From Basidiobolus meristosporus CBS 931.73 (lineage: Eukaryota > Fungi > Basidiobolomycota), in contig MCFE01000069.1 of assembly GCA_002104905.1 (NCBI GenBank), positions 123,923 through 187,922 on the forward strand: DNA of 64,000 bases, read 5' to 3'. Below are positions 1-13,236 of this stretch, piece after piece (the first letter of the stretch is position 1; the number at the start of each line of letters is the position of its first letter). The notes below the pieces were generated by a model. It was given only the letters and a program-made list of their open reading frames with translations. It was not told the DNA's origin and did not search any database. The translations under genes were made by a program, and so were the position numbers.

Positions 1-549
1 CAAAAGGAAATCCAGTGGTAATGATGGGATTGATGATAAAAGACCACTCAGATGAGTAAGTCATATTAAAATTGGTGGATGATTGTATGGAGGTTGTTTG
101 AATTGATTTGGCGCAATCTACATTATTTATCGGATTTTTAATGCATTATGATTAAATCTCCATCATTGCCATGTATCCCATCATCATGTTGCAAAAATCA
201 TTCACAAACAATGCCTTGGTACTTTTATTGATGCTTTACTCATAGGCCTATAATCAAATAGGAAATTGGCAATTGATATGATCTAATCCATGTCAACACA
301 ATCTGAGATGCATCATGCATAATGTATTGAAAATTCAACAATCACATTAGTTTTCATATATATATCAGACTTGTTCCGTTGGATAGTGTCACATAGTGCC
401 AGCCTGTTTAAGGTGCCGGATTGATCTGGCACCCTATGGCACTATCTGGCATTATAATTTCTACCATGATGCCAGTGGTATGATACAGTTACTGGTAATT
501 TTACTCAATCTTACTTATGTTGCTCAGAATAGTGCTTTCCTTGCTTTAT

Positions 550-1433
550 TTACTCTTCATAATGCTCCAGACACATTTCTCTCAGTGGATGTCTTCTTGT
601 ATGAACATACTGTGCATTAATAAGTATCTTAACTATTTTACCTATTCTGCTGTTTTCACCTATATATGACTCTCCTCTGTATTTACCTGCCAATATGCTG
701 AATCTCTTCAGATATCCAAATGTGTGCTCAACCCTTACTCTGAAATGATTAAATACCTTATTGTAGAGCTTCTGCTTCCTGCTAAGCACACCATTCCTTG
801 GCTTCCTATAAGCTGTTATACATCTAATCTCTGACAATCCTCTCCTATATAGGCTAAGTCTGCCATACATTTCTCCCCTCTACTGAATTCAGGATGATTC
901 TCTACCCAGAGTGCTTTGTCATGCCTACTTCCAGCAAATGGCCCACTAAACCAGATGATGTTACCCTCAATGTCAGACAGTGCTTGAAGCTTCACACAGT
1001 GTGCCTTGTACTTGCCAGAATAAAAGTGCCTCTGCCCTCTAGAAGGTCTGTTAATCCTCACTGGGAAGGTATCCAAAATACTCCTGATATGGTACCTGTT
1101 GCTGAACACTCTGGGATATGGAAGTCTATTGGAGCTTCTGAACCTAGTATTCCAAGCTTACTCTAAGTGATTCATACCCTCTGCAAGGTGGTTCTCCATT
1201 GCTGTCAGCTGGGAATGAGATCTTCTAGGACTTTTGTTGCCATGGATGGTGGGATGAGACCTTGTAGGGCAATAGTTCTTGTAATAGCAGAGAAGCTTAA
1301 CAAGGGATCTCCTTGAGTAGATTGGGGTTGATGGTCCACAGTACTTGGAATAGATCTCCTCTATTGTGTCAAAAGGAAATCCAGTGGTAGTGATGGGATT
1401 GATCAGAAAAGACCATTCAGATGAGTAAGTCAT
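550..1433 (-). pseudogene. DDE_Tnp_4-type transposase with one in-frame TAA (1158-1160) and a frameshift near 850
   Basis: Motifs LDTFPVRINRP, FYSGKYKAHCVKLQ, GSRHD, MADLAYIG and RVRVEHTFGYLKRFSIL give a D-D-E triad typical of IS5/Harbinger-family transposases. ORFs 1158-1433 and 816-1109 share a frame. Confidence 0.88.
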
Positions 1434-1792
1434 ATTACAATTGATGGATGATTGTAAGGAGGCGGTTTGAATTGATTTGGCACAATCCGCGTTATTTATC
1501 TGATTTTTAATACATTATGGTTAAATCTCCATCAATTGCCATGTATCCCATCTTTATGTTGCAAAAATCATCTGCAAACAATGCCTTGGTACTTTTATTG
1601 ATGCTTTAATCATAGGTCCAGTATCAAATAGGAAATCTGCAATTGATGTGATCTGATCCGTGACAACGCAATCCAAGATGCATCATGCATAATATATGGA
1701 AAATTCAGCATTCACATTAGTTTTCATATATATTTCATATAAGACCAGGTTGATGCCAATATACCGCTGTATAAGTATCCAAATCCGTTGCT

Positions 1793-3055
1793 ATGGTCCC
1801 CATACCAAGCCTCAACTCATCTTTAGTACAACCCAGACAAAACCCATCCCCCAGCTCACAGGCGCGGTCCAGACCGGAGAAGTCAATGTTGGATCCGTTC
1901 AAGTTCTTGCCAAATGATTTTAGTATGGCCCAAGTGTCTATGATGATCCTTCATACAGATATTTGGGCACTACTGATTAATCTAGCAGAACTAGATACCT
2001 CAGAGAGTCGACAAAGATGGAAGAATTTGAGTAGAAAGCTGTGGCATGAGTTCTACATCAAGATGCCAGCCAATGTATGGAAAAAGATATATAACAAGAC
2101 AAGTATTGAAATCAAGAATGAGCTGAGAGTAAGGGGATTTGACAAAGAAGCCACGCAGGAACAAATTTGGGCGCAATTTGCACAGTACGGGCTGGACACA
2201 TCTGTTTGTGCCTCAACATTGGGAACCAAAGAGATTTTGAATGAGTTTTTGCCTCAAATGACTAATGTACTACGTGATATATTAGTAGAGCTAAGTGGCT
2301 TCCGAGAGCAATATACATAGGACTCATCCAGGCAACTGCTCCAAAGTATCAGACAGAGGGTAAGTGAATACCATGAGGAATCAGATGGTGAGCTCCAAGA
2401 GGAAGAATACAGACCGCAAGCAACATTGTCCAGATTGTGCCAGCACGCCTTGCTGGATTCCCTACCAACTCTTGCAACCACAGCGCGCCGGCGCATGTCA
2501 GTCCAGACCACGCCAACACCCTTTACCAGAACGCCCTGCGTCAAGTCAACGCGCATTGACTCTATGCACGTTGGGTCAACGCGCGCGCTTCAGACCAAAA
2601 CTACAAGAACTTGCCAAACTGCTCATTTAGACGCAAGTCCATTGGAGCGGACCGAGTCGCGTCAACATGTGGCATCACATTGAACTCAGCGAAGGGCCAT
2701 CTCAACGTGTCAAGGCGCGCCTGCGCGTGCCGTTTTGCCTGACCATCAGCAAGTTACTTCTGCTGAACTGACTGATGATGACCAACATGAAGTGCCTCAA
2801 CCACCAGAACCCTTGGCAAGTAAAAGATCAAGTCAGCGTGTGGCACTACAGGCCAGTTCAGTTGGTTCAGTTGGAGCAATTCAGCGCGGCCAAGCTGCTG
2901 CATTGCACTCATCAACTAGGAGGCAAAATACTGACTACAAATTCACAAGTAGCCAAGATGATAGTCAGCCAGGAGGTAGTATAGGTGTGCAAAGTGAGTC
3001 ACTACCAAATGCTTCAGTAGTAATCCCTGTGAGAAAAAAACCCAGGAGAAGATGA
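1793..3055 (+). pseudogene. Transposon ORF2 (about 420 codons, two in-frame stops): putative helical DNA-binding N-terminus, low-complexity middle, C-terminal basic NLS-like RKKPRRR
   Basis: ORFs 1793-2320, 2426-2683 and 2735-3055 are in one frame, separated only by TAG (CAG in the outer copy) and TGA (CAA in the outer copy). Trp-spaced segment RWKNLSRKLWHEFYIKMPANVWKK resembles the Myb/SANT-like partner proteins of Harbinger elements (inference). Confidence 0.65.
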
Positions 3056-3857
3056 TGAGATTGCTTTGAATTGCTATTATTTGTAATGATCCCAACAACC
3101 CATTTTTTTTGCGATCCAAATCAAGCCTTTGCAAATCAGTGATCATCAAATTTTTGATATAAGTAATATCAAGGTCATCTCATATCTGAGACAGAACCCC
3201 TATAAATAAACACCCTGCATATATATACATCATCTGTAATACCAGTGCAGCTATTGGATCTGTTTTGCACCTACCCAATTGCTTGTGTGCTAGCTATGAC
3301 ACCTTGTCCAATCACTAGGATCAGGGATTTACTTGCTCAATGGGCAAAATGGGATATTTGATGGCAAATCAGGTAGCTTTTTCAGTAGTCAATGAGCCAA
3401 TTAGGGGCTGCCAGCTTCAGGATACTTTTGGACCAATAAACCACTGAGTTACCGTCCAATTGGAGTGAGGGTAACCAAGATGGTAAGTATCAGTGTAGTT
3501 TATAGTGTGATACACATTTATTTCCATTTACATTAAAGAAACATATCCAAATACTGGATTTTACCTGCCATTATAGCGGTATCCAATCGCACACGTGATG
3601 CAAACATTACAAGTTGGCGCAATCATCCGTGCCAACCTCATTGTGTCAGATTGTGCCATAGTGTGCAAGATTGTCCCGCATAGTGCAAAATTGTCCAAGC
3701 ACCATCCTGCCTTCTGGTAGCTATAATATTGCGCCCAACTGTTCTTTACAACCACAGATTGCACCGTGCGCCCTGGCACAGTACAATGGAACAAGTCTAT
3801 CATATAAGATCAGTTTGATGCCAATATACTGCTGTATAAGTATCCAAATCTGCTGCT

Positions 3858-5101
3858 ATGGTCCCCATACCAAGTCTCAACTCATCTTTGGTACAACCCA
3901 GACAAAACCCATCCCTCAGCTCACAAGCGCAGTCTGGACTGGAAAAGTCAATGTTGGATCTGTTTGAGTTCTTGCCAAATGATTTTAGTATGGCCCAAGT
4001 GTCAATAATGAGCCTTCATACAGATATTTGGGCACTTCTGATTAATCTAGCAGAACTAGATACCTCAGAGAGTTGACAAAGATGGAAGAATTTGAGTAGA
4101 AAGCTGTGACATGAGTTCTACATCAAGATGCCAGCCAATGTATGTAAGAACATATCTAACAAGACAAGTATTGAAATCAAGAATGAGCTGAGAGTAAGGG
4201 GACTTGATGAAGAAGCCGTGCAGGAACAATTCTGTGTGCAATTGCACAGCACAAGCCGGATGCATCTGTTTGTGCCTCAACTTTAGGAACCAAAGAGATT
4301 TTGAATGAGTTTATGCCTCAAATGACTAATGTACTACGTGATATATTAGTAGAGCCAAGTGGCTTCTGAGAGCAATATACACAGGACTCATCCAGGCAAC
4401 AGCTCCAAAGTATCAGACAGAGGGTAAGTGAATACCTTGAGGAATCAGATGGTGAGCTTCAAGAGGAAGAATACAGACCACAAGCAGCATTGTCCAGATT
4501 GTGCCAGTACACCTTGCTGGATTCCTTACCATCTCTTGCAACTACAGCATGCCGGCACACATCAGTCCAGACTGCGCCACAACCCTTTACCAGAATGCCC
4601 TGCATCAAGTCAATGCCATTGAGTCAGCATGTGCTTCAGAGCAAAACTACCCAAACTTGCCAAACTGCTCATTTAAACATGAGTCCATTGGAGCAGACCA
4701 AGTCATGTCAACATGCAGCATCACATCAAACTCAGCCAAGGGCCATCTCAATGCATCAAGTTGCACCTGCACATGCCATTTTGCCTGACCATCAGCAGGT
4801 TACTTCTGGTGAACTGACTGATGATGACCAACATGAAGTGCCTCAACCACCAGAACCCTTGGCAAGTAAAAGATCAAGTCAGCGCATAGCACTCCAGGCC
4901 GGTTCAGTTGGTTCAGTTGGAGCAATCCAGCGCGGCCAAGCTGCTGCATTGCACTCATCAACTAGGAGGCAAAATACTGACTACAAATTCACAAGTAGCC
5001 AAGATGATAGTCAGCCAGGAAGTAGTATAGGTGTGCAAAGTGAGTCACTACCAAAGGCTTCAGTAGTAATCCCTGTGAGAAAAAAACCCAGGAGAAAATG
5101 A
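3858..5101 (+). pseudogene. ORF2 of the outer transposon copy (stops and a frameshift)
   Basis: Paralogous to 1793-3055, with the same start MVPIPSLNSS and end VIPVRKKPRRK. Confidence 0.65.
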
Positions 5102-5855
5102 TGCAATTGCCTTGATTTGCTATTATTTGTAATGATCCCAACAACCCATTTTTTTGCAATCCAAATTGAGCCATTGCAAATCAGTGATCATCAAATTTTT
5201 GACACAAGTAATATCAAGGTTGTCTCACATCTGAGACAGAACCCCTATAAAGAAACACCCTGCGTATATTTACATCATCTGTAATACCAATGCAGCTATT
5301 GGATCTGTTTTGCACCTACCCAATTGCTTGTGTGCTAGCTATCACACCTTGTTCAATCACTAGAATCAGGAATTTACTTGGTCAATGGGCAAAATGGGAT
5401 ATTTGATGTCAAATCAGGTAGCTTGTTTAGTAGCTAATGAGCCAATTGGGGGCTGCCAGCTTCAGGATACTTTTGGTCCAATTAACCACGGAGATACTGT
5501 CCAAGTGGAGTGATAGTAACCAAAATGGTAAGTATCAGTGTATTTATAGTGTGATACACATTTATTTCCATTTACAATAAAGAAACATATCCAAATATTG
5601 GATTTTACCTGCCATAATAGAGGTATCCAATTGCGCACATGATGCAAACATTACAAGTTGGCGCAATCATCCATGCCAACCTCATTGTGTCAGATTGTGC
5701 CATAGTGTGCAAGATTTCCGCACATAGTGCAAAATTGTCCAAAAACAATCCTGCCTACTGGTAGCTATAATATTGCGCCCAATTGTTCTTTACAACCACA
5801 GATTGCACCATGCACCCTGGCATGGTACAATGGAACAAGTCAAATAAGCACTTAT

Positions 5856-8800
5856 TGAAAAAATCTAATTTGTTTTGCTCTGATTCAATCCTGACAATTG
5901 GTGGACTTGAGATCAGGTTTTTGTCAACATCTGATGTCATTTTTTGTGAAAATTTTGAGTTTTCATCAAACAAAATGTCCCTGAATTTGATCAGCTTCTT
6001 TGCCTTGGTATCATAGTGTTGGTGTACTTCACTCTCATTGCAATAGCCCAAAAATATGCATTTGACACCTCTGGTGTAAATTTGACTGAACTCCAGGCAG
6101 TGTCTTAGCATGTTCTCTACACCCAAATATTCTTAGATATTCTGCACATGGTCTGTATCCATACCATGCTTCAAAGGGAGTAGAATCACAAACCATAGTA
6201 TTACAACTCCCATTGTAAGGTATACAGCTGTGGCAAGTGATTCTGCTCTAATATTATAGGTTGATCTATGTTCATGATACTAAATCTTACCATATCAATT
6301 ATTGATCTGCTTCCACAGTCTGTTGCTCTACTTTGCCTTGGGGAGTATGGTATGCTGTAGTGGGATGACAGTGATACCCACTGACAGATGTGATCATTCC
6401 CATATTTTCTACTTCCCTATTTCTCTACTACACTTATTTTAGTTTTGTCCCATTTGGCTTACCTGATCAGTACTATCCCACAAGCTGGTTGACTATCACA
6501 CCTGCTTACCTTGTTGCATAGGTTATTCCTCACTTTATGAAAGATTACTTGCAGCAAGTGCTTCTATATTTGGCAAGTACCCATGTCAGTAGCTGTGACA
6601 TGTGATCAACCCATGCACCATCCCTACCATTTACATACCATATACGGTATCCCTATGTTATGCAGGTTTCTGGGTACTGTTTCCTGATTGGTTGGATGTG
6701 CTGTGCCTCTTAGAACCTTCAGGCACCTACTTAGAGCATTCTTAGGTCATTCTGATGTCATTAAGATTTCTATTTCATATCCAGAACCAACTGGGACACC
6801 ATAATTGGTAGTCACTTAGCCAGTGAGAAAAGTATATAAGGGAGGCTATCCCTCAACAATATATCATCATCCCTTTTATCAATATACTAACTTGTTGATT
6901 GGTGCAATCACTGCTACCTGCCACTACCTGAACTTCCAACCCCAGACCACAGGTCACTTCCAGGAAACCATGCTGACAGCCAACTGACCTTGGAGGCACT
7001 ACTTGCAAGGAACACTTAGAGTAGGTATCTTTTATTTTATTTGATCCTTTCCAAGTTTGTTCTTGGGCAGGCAAAGATACTTTTCTGTCTTTGTAACTAT
7101 TGACCACTGCTGCATTCTTATCAAGTCCCTGCTGGTGGAGTTTACAGTTGTTTTTACTTTGGAAGCTTTAGTACTTTGTCATCTCAAAGGAAGTTGAACC
7201 CAGCATATACTTTTGTTAAGACACAAACTAAGTTGAGGATTGTAGCTCAATAGTTCTCCCTTGACAAGCTTGTGGCTTTATTCCCCATCACATTAGTTTA
7301 GAGACAGAACCCAAGTATTCCTAGCAAGCTTTTGCCAGAGGTTATCACACTCAGCAAATACCCCACACACAAAACACTTGGGAAGTGTTGGATGTATATC
7401 TCCCTTGGACTTATACACCACCACAACACAGTCTCTTGCTTGATTTAATGTATTTTGCAGAAGTGGATAAAGAATTTTTAGGTATATTCTCCACCAGTTT
7501 TTCCCTCTAACATGGCTTTGAGCTCCCTGAGCTTTGACAGAGCTTCTTCCTTTCTCTCCAAGAAGTAGACCTATATGTATCTAGTATAACCATCAATCAA
7601 AGTGATTAAATACTTCTTCCTGCCTAAGGATAAATTTTACATAGGCCCACATAGATCTGAGTGAATTAGATCTAATTTTTTCTTAGTTTTGATTAGCCTA
7701 GAGCTCTTCAATGGCTGTATGGCTTGCTTCCCATAAATACAGGCTTCACAGTCCTCCAAGTTAGCTGGGAGAGCAGTTTTTTTTCAAAAATTAGCTGATT
7801 TTGGATCATTTTGCATAAATAATCAAAATGGATGTGTCCAGTTCTCCTGTGCCAGTTGGTGTCTCTTCACTTATATTACTTATATTGGCATTCATGTATG
7901 ATGGCATTTTGGGCACCATTATGATCAGTGATTCTGCAACTTGAATTGTCAAAACTGCAACAGAGTTGTTCTGCAGTGACCTTACTTACAGATAGTAGGT
8001 TGTTGGCTATTTCTGGTACATAAAATACTTCTTTAATGGTAAGGGTATGGCTTCCTTCACTATGTCTAAGGCTTACCTGAATAGTTCCTTCTCCTACTGC
8101 ATGAAGTGTTCTATTGTCCCCCATGAAAACCTTCTTAGTTGGAATTTCTAGATATTAGGTGAGAAGTACTTTTTGGTGTGTAAAGTGTTCAGATGCTCCA
8201 GAGTTAATATGACATGTCTGAGAGTCCTTGTGTGGGGTCATATTTAGTGCAGGTATGAGTAGTCTATCTTCAGTTGTTGCAGCATTTCCATATTCAGGCT
8301 TTTTCCACTGACTATCTCTCATTTAAAGTACCAGTCTGATGTGTGTCCTTTCCTTGTGCAGTAGTTGCAAAACAAGTTGGTATTGCCTTAAGAAGGTCTT
8401 GGGCATCTCCTTGGTTGGCTATCATGTCTTATTAAAGCATCTTCTTTTTCATTTGTATTGGCACCAGATTTTCCTAATTTTTTATCCAGGAGCCTGCCAT
8501 GTACACAATTTAAGATCAAATCTACAGTTATGGACTCTTAGGCTGATACAAAGCCCAAAACCTCTCTGTCAGGCTATTCAGGCTTGTTACTATTATATCC
8601 TCATCAGTAGCTGGTATGCCCACCAATTCCATCTTATCCACCTGCAGGGTAACTCTGCTAATTGGATTTTTCATTTCTTCTGCTGGCAGCATCTTCGTAG
8701 TAAAGAATTCTCATCTAAGATGCTCTTTCTTGGCAGCTGAACATGACTGGTAGTTGTCTTCTAATGCCTGCCAGGAATTTTTTGCTTTTTTTGCTCTTGA

Positions 8801-9162
8801 GCATTGAGTTAGCAATTTGTCTTTGACATAAAGGCAAATGCAGCTAAAGACAGTTTATTCTCTCTTCTGGTACTTTAAGAAATCCGGTCACATGTTTTGA
8901 GGAGGGCTTTCTTCTCCCATGGCAATATCCTCCGGCCTCATTCTTGTAGCTGCATCTTCAAATGTACCTTCCACACTTGGAAGTCAGATCTATCCAGCAT
9001 TTCAGCAGAGGGAAGAATTGCTGTAATAGCAGTAGTAGACATTGCAGAGAGTGACAGCCTGGGGCTCATAATCTGTTGTAGAGTCTTAGAGATATTGGAA
9101 GTTATTGGCAGAACAAGTAGATTTTGTGGTTTTCACTCAATGATTTATTGAAATGTAAAAGT
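5856..9162 (-). mobile_element. Decayed Ty1/Copia element (partial 5' LTR, gag, protease, integrase) with an unclassified insertion at about 6362-7430
   Basis: Reverse-strand matches to the Copia at 58637-61742: LTR end and PBS near 9060-9162, protease region MGDNRTLHAVGEGTIQV, integrase KCIFLGYCNESE. Confidence 0.8.
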
Positions 9163-12100
9163 TGTTGTAAAATTTGTAATTCCACCTAAATATTCACCTA
9201 ACTTAGTCACTTAGATCACTACCTTCAGATCCTAGAGAAAACTGACCAAACACCTTGTTGGGATTTACTTAGAATATTTTACCAAAATACCAGGTACCCA
9301 GAACATGAATAATTGATAAGTTGTCCAAATAGCCCCAAACTTTGTGCACATGTTTTGCATGGTACAATGGAGTATGTATAATCAACTTGCCCTCCCAATC
9401 ACTTCTGATATCTTCAAGACTCTTACAGCAGGCTATGAGCCCCAAGCTGTCACTCACTTCATTGTCCACAACTACTATTACTGGAATATCTCTTTTTTGA
9501 AGAGCTAGATGAATCTCACTACCATGTGTGGAAGGTGAACTTAAAGATGCAGCCACAGGAATGAGGCCTTTGGGATATTGTCATGGGAGCAGAAAGCCCT
9601 TCTAAAGATGTAGGAACAGAAGCCTCAAGGTACATTACCCTATTAGTTGATGAGATGGAATCTTCAAGTGTACAAACAACTGATAAAGATATGATGGTCA
9701 CTATCCTGAATAGCCTCACAGACAAGCTTCAGGGCTCAATATCAGACTTAGTGACCAGAAATGAAGATCTGATCTAAATTATGTATATCAAAGTGTCCTG
9801 GATGAAGAATTAAGAAAATTAACCATTAATAAGAAGGAAAAAGAAAATGCCTTAATAAGCAATGCTAATCAAACAAGGAGGTACTCAAGATCCTTCAGAG
9901 GCAACAGCAAAAAAAATCACTACAAACAATGATTCTGAGATGGAGTGTATTGACTCTGGAGCATCTTGACACTTCAGACACCAAGAAGATTATTTACTGA
10001 ATTTCAAAAAATTTCAATTAGGAAGGTTCTCATGGGTGACAATGGAACTCTTGATGCAATTAGAGAAGGAAATATCCAAGTAATCCCTAAAAGAAGTGAA
10101 GAAAGCCACACACTTACCTCTGAAGCACTACTCTTTGTACTGAAAAAAGCCAAGAACCTACTATCTGTAAGCAAGTCCACAGCAACAGAACTCAGTTTCA
10201 GCTTTGAAATTCTGAATGCATGATCACTGGTCAAAATGGTATCCAAACTATATTAGGTATCAGAGATCAGAATCTCTACATGTTGACTTATATTTCATCA
10301 TATCTGGAAGCTAATATAAGTAACATAAGTGAAGAAACACCAATACTTTGGCACAGGAGGTTTGGACATATCAATTTTGATTTTTGCGCAAAATGATCAA
10401 AGATCAGCTGTTTTCCAGAGTAAACATTGATCCCTCACTAGTCTGAAGCACTGTGAAGCCTGCATATATGGGAAACAAGACAGATAATTGTTGAAAGCTG
10501 TGGGTTAACTTAAACTAGGAACAAATTAGATCTGATTCACTCAGATCAGCGTGGACCTATTAGACATTTTTCCTTGGGTAGGATGAGTTACTTGATCACT
10601 TGTATTGATGATCATACAAGATACACATGGGTCTCCTTCATGGAAAGAATGCAAGAAGCTCTGTCAAAGTTCAGGGAGCTTAAAGCCACAATGTACAGCA
10701 AAACTGATGAAAAAATCAGGAAAACCACTCAGATAATATTGGGTAATATACCTTGAAGTTCCTCATCCATTTCTGTAAAGCTCATGGGAAAAAGCAAGAG
10801 ACTACTGTACTATACTCCCCACAGCAAAATGGAGTGAAAGAATCTATAGACAGATCAATAGTTGATATAGCAAGATATATCAGCCATTTTCAATAATATC
10901 CCATGGGTTTAGGGCAGTATCTGTTGGTACTTCTGTATACTTTAAAAGTAGGTTTTATAGCAGGATACTTTGTGACTCTACATCATTTGAGGCATGGTTT
11001 GTATATTGCTCAAGTACAGAACATCTAAGAGTATTTGGGTGCAAGCATATGCCATGAAACTGATAAGAAATCAGTCAAAATTTGAGCCAAAAGGTGCAAG
11101 TTGCATACTCTTGGACTACTGCAATGAACGTAATCCAAATAGACTTTGTAAGCCAAAGCAAATAAGCTGATCAAGTATACGGATATGCTGTGTGATGACA
11201 ATTCAAATTTTTGCAAAAAATGGCATTCAATAATGAGGGAATTCCAATTGCATGTCCACCAATTCTCATTATTGAGTAACAGCAAAACAGGGAAAGCTTT
11301 CTTAACTCCAGCGGACCCTATAAGTGTGGTTCAACCAGTATCAGTACCAAGAAGTACTCCAGAGGCTGTTATTTGGTATTACAAACCAGGGGCTCCAACC
11401 AAACCAGAAATAGCTCAAATTACTATAACAATGAGGGTGCAAACTTAGCTTATGTCTATTCATTCCATACTGATGAGCTGCAGACTGTGAAAGGGGCCCT
11501 GAATAGCCCTGACACAAAGGTTTGGATATTTGCAATCACCAAAAAGGATCAGGCCTTATGGAAAATTAACCGTGGGACTTAGTGAAATTACCAATCAACT
11601 AATAATCCATTTGATGCAGATGGGTCTTCAACACAAAATACCAAGCAGATGACACAATTGAAAGATATAAAGCAAGACTTTTGGCCAAAGGCTACTTTCA
11701 AATAAAAGGATTTGACTATAGTCAGACCTATGTGCAAGTATCCAAATTTAATTCCATCAGATTAATATTGGTTATTGCAGCTAAATATAGATTTTTTGTA
11801 CATTATATGGATACAACAGCTGCATTTTTGAATGGGGAACTTGATGAGGATGTATACTTGGGCCAGCCTGATGTGTTGGAGGACCAGGATAACTCCACTT
11901 GGTCTGCATGCTTAAAAAATCACTTCATGGCCTTAAACAATAACTAACAGCCTGAAACTGCAAGATAGACTCATATTTAGATTCATTAAGTTTCCAAAGG
12001 AGTAATGTTGGCTATATTATCTGCTATAAGCCAGATAAAGCAAATCCATCCCATCTAAGGAATACAAGATGTTCATTCTAAGAGAACTCAGCTACTACTT

Positions 12101-13236
12101 AGGGATGAAGTTCTCCATAGACAGATGGATCCAGACTATCACCCTAAATCAGTCCAAATGTATTCAAGACATACTTGAAAATTATCAAGTGGAAGACTGT
12201 AGACCAGCAGATATTGCAATGGAGACAAACCTTAGTCAAGACCCAACCAAATTAAGAGAGCTTGGTGCCTTCTGAAAGCCCAGAACCCTCTTAACAATCT
12301 ATGGCTGGCAGTCTAATGTATATAATACTTGGAACACATCCAGATATCTCATATTTAGTAGGAGTTGCTGGCCAGTATAATTAGAACTATGGATCTGACT
12401 ATATTGCAGAGGCTGAGCAGATTTTAGATACATAAAAGGAACTATTGATACCAGCTTAAGGTACACCTTTAAGGATTCAGAACATGATCTTATGGGATAC
12501 TGAGATGCAGACTGGTGACAAAATTCAGGACACAGAAGAACCACTACAGAGCCAGAGTATATGGCAGCCTGTGAAACTACAAAAGAAGCAATGTGGTTGA
12601 GAAAGCTTCTCAAAGGTTTAGGCCTATGTCAAATGCTCTCAATTACTTTATTTCAAGATAAATAAGGATGTGCACAACTAGGCAGAAATCCAACTTTCCA
12701 TGTGGTATTAAGCACATGGATATTAGATTTCTTTTCATATTTAAAGCTACAGAGAATAACTCAGTTAACTTAGTTTACTGTACTACAAATGAAAGATTGC
12801 AGGCATATGACCAAACCAATAGCTAGAGACAAATTTGAATTTCTTAGGCCAGAATCAGGACTAGTCAGCATGAGCATTTTGCTGTGTAGTAATGCTGAAA
12901 GAGCTTGTAATTCAACCTGAATACTTACCTAGTTTAGTGTCTTAGGTCATTACATGCAAATCTCAGATAATATTGACCAAATTCCTTGCTGGTACCCAGA
13001 ATATTTACACCAAATATTAGGTGCCCAGAACATGAAAATTCTCAAATTTGTCCAAACAGCTTCAAGCTTCACACACATGTTCTTGGGACCTTTCTAAACC
13101 AATACTACATGCTCATTATGCCAATACCATGTAGAGGTATACATACTACTTTTACATTCAAAAAAGTTGTTTAAGTGAAAGCCACATAATCTACTTGCTC
13201 TCCCAATCACTTCCAATATTTCCAAGACCATACTGC
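9163..13236 (+). mobile_element. Decayed near-full-length Ty1/Copia element: 5' LTR 9163-9430, degenerate 3' LTR about 12892-13236
   Basis: LTR starts TGTTGTAAAA and PBS GGCTATGAGCCC lies at 9431-9442. Protease (CIDSGAS), integrase (SYLITCIDDHTRYTWV), RT (AKGYFQIKGFDYSQTY; MDTTAAFLNGELDEDVYL; ELSYYLGM) and RNase H fragments follow in Copia order. Confidence 0.82.

Larger units (their letters stand above)
368..3797. mobile_element. Complete (decayed) two-ORF DNA transposon of the PIF/Harbinger-ISL2EU-IS5 (DDE_Tnp_4) group, 3430 bp, inner copy
   Basis: 14-bp terminal inverted repeat GACTTGTTCC[G/A]TTG at 368-381 and 3784-3797. Flanked by direct repeat TATCA (363-367, 3798-3802). Contains a DDE transposase (minus) and a divergent ORF2 (plus). 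Confidence 0.9.
1..5841. mobile_element. Outer (host) copy of the same DNA transposon: segments 1-367 and 3803-5841, split by the inner copy; left part runs off the window
   Basis: 1-367 aligns to about 1372-1737 and 3803-5841 aligns to about 1738-3797. Right TIR CAATGGAACAAGTC ends at 5841. Removing the inner copy and one TATCA restores ttttcatatatatatcatataaga, matching 1721-1744. Confidence 0.88.

Noticed and set aside
1735-5841. Simple 2-kb tandem duplication
   Set aside because: The TIRs, the TATCA duplication and exact restoration of the empty site show a nested insertion instead.
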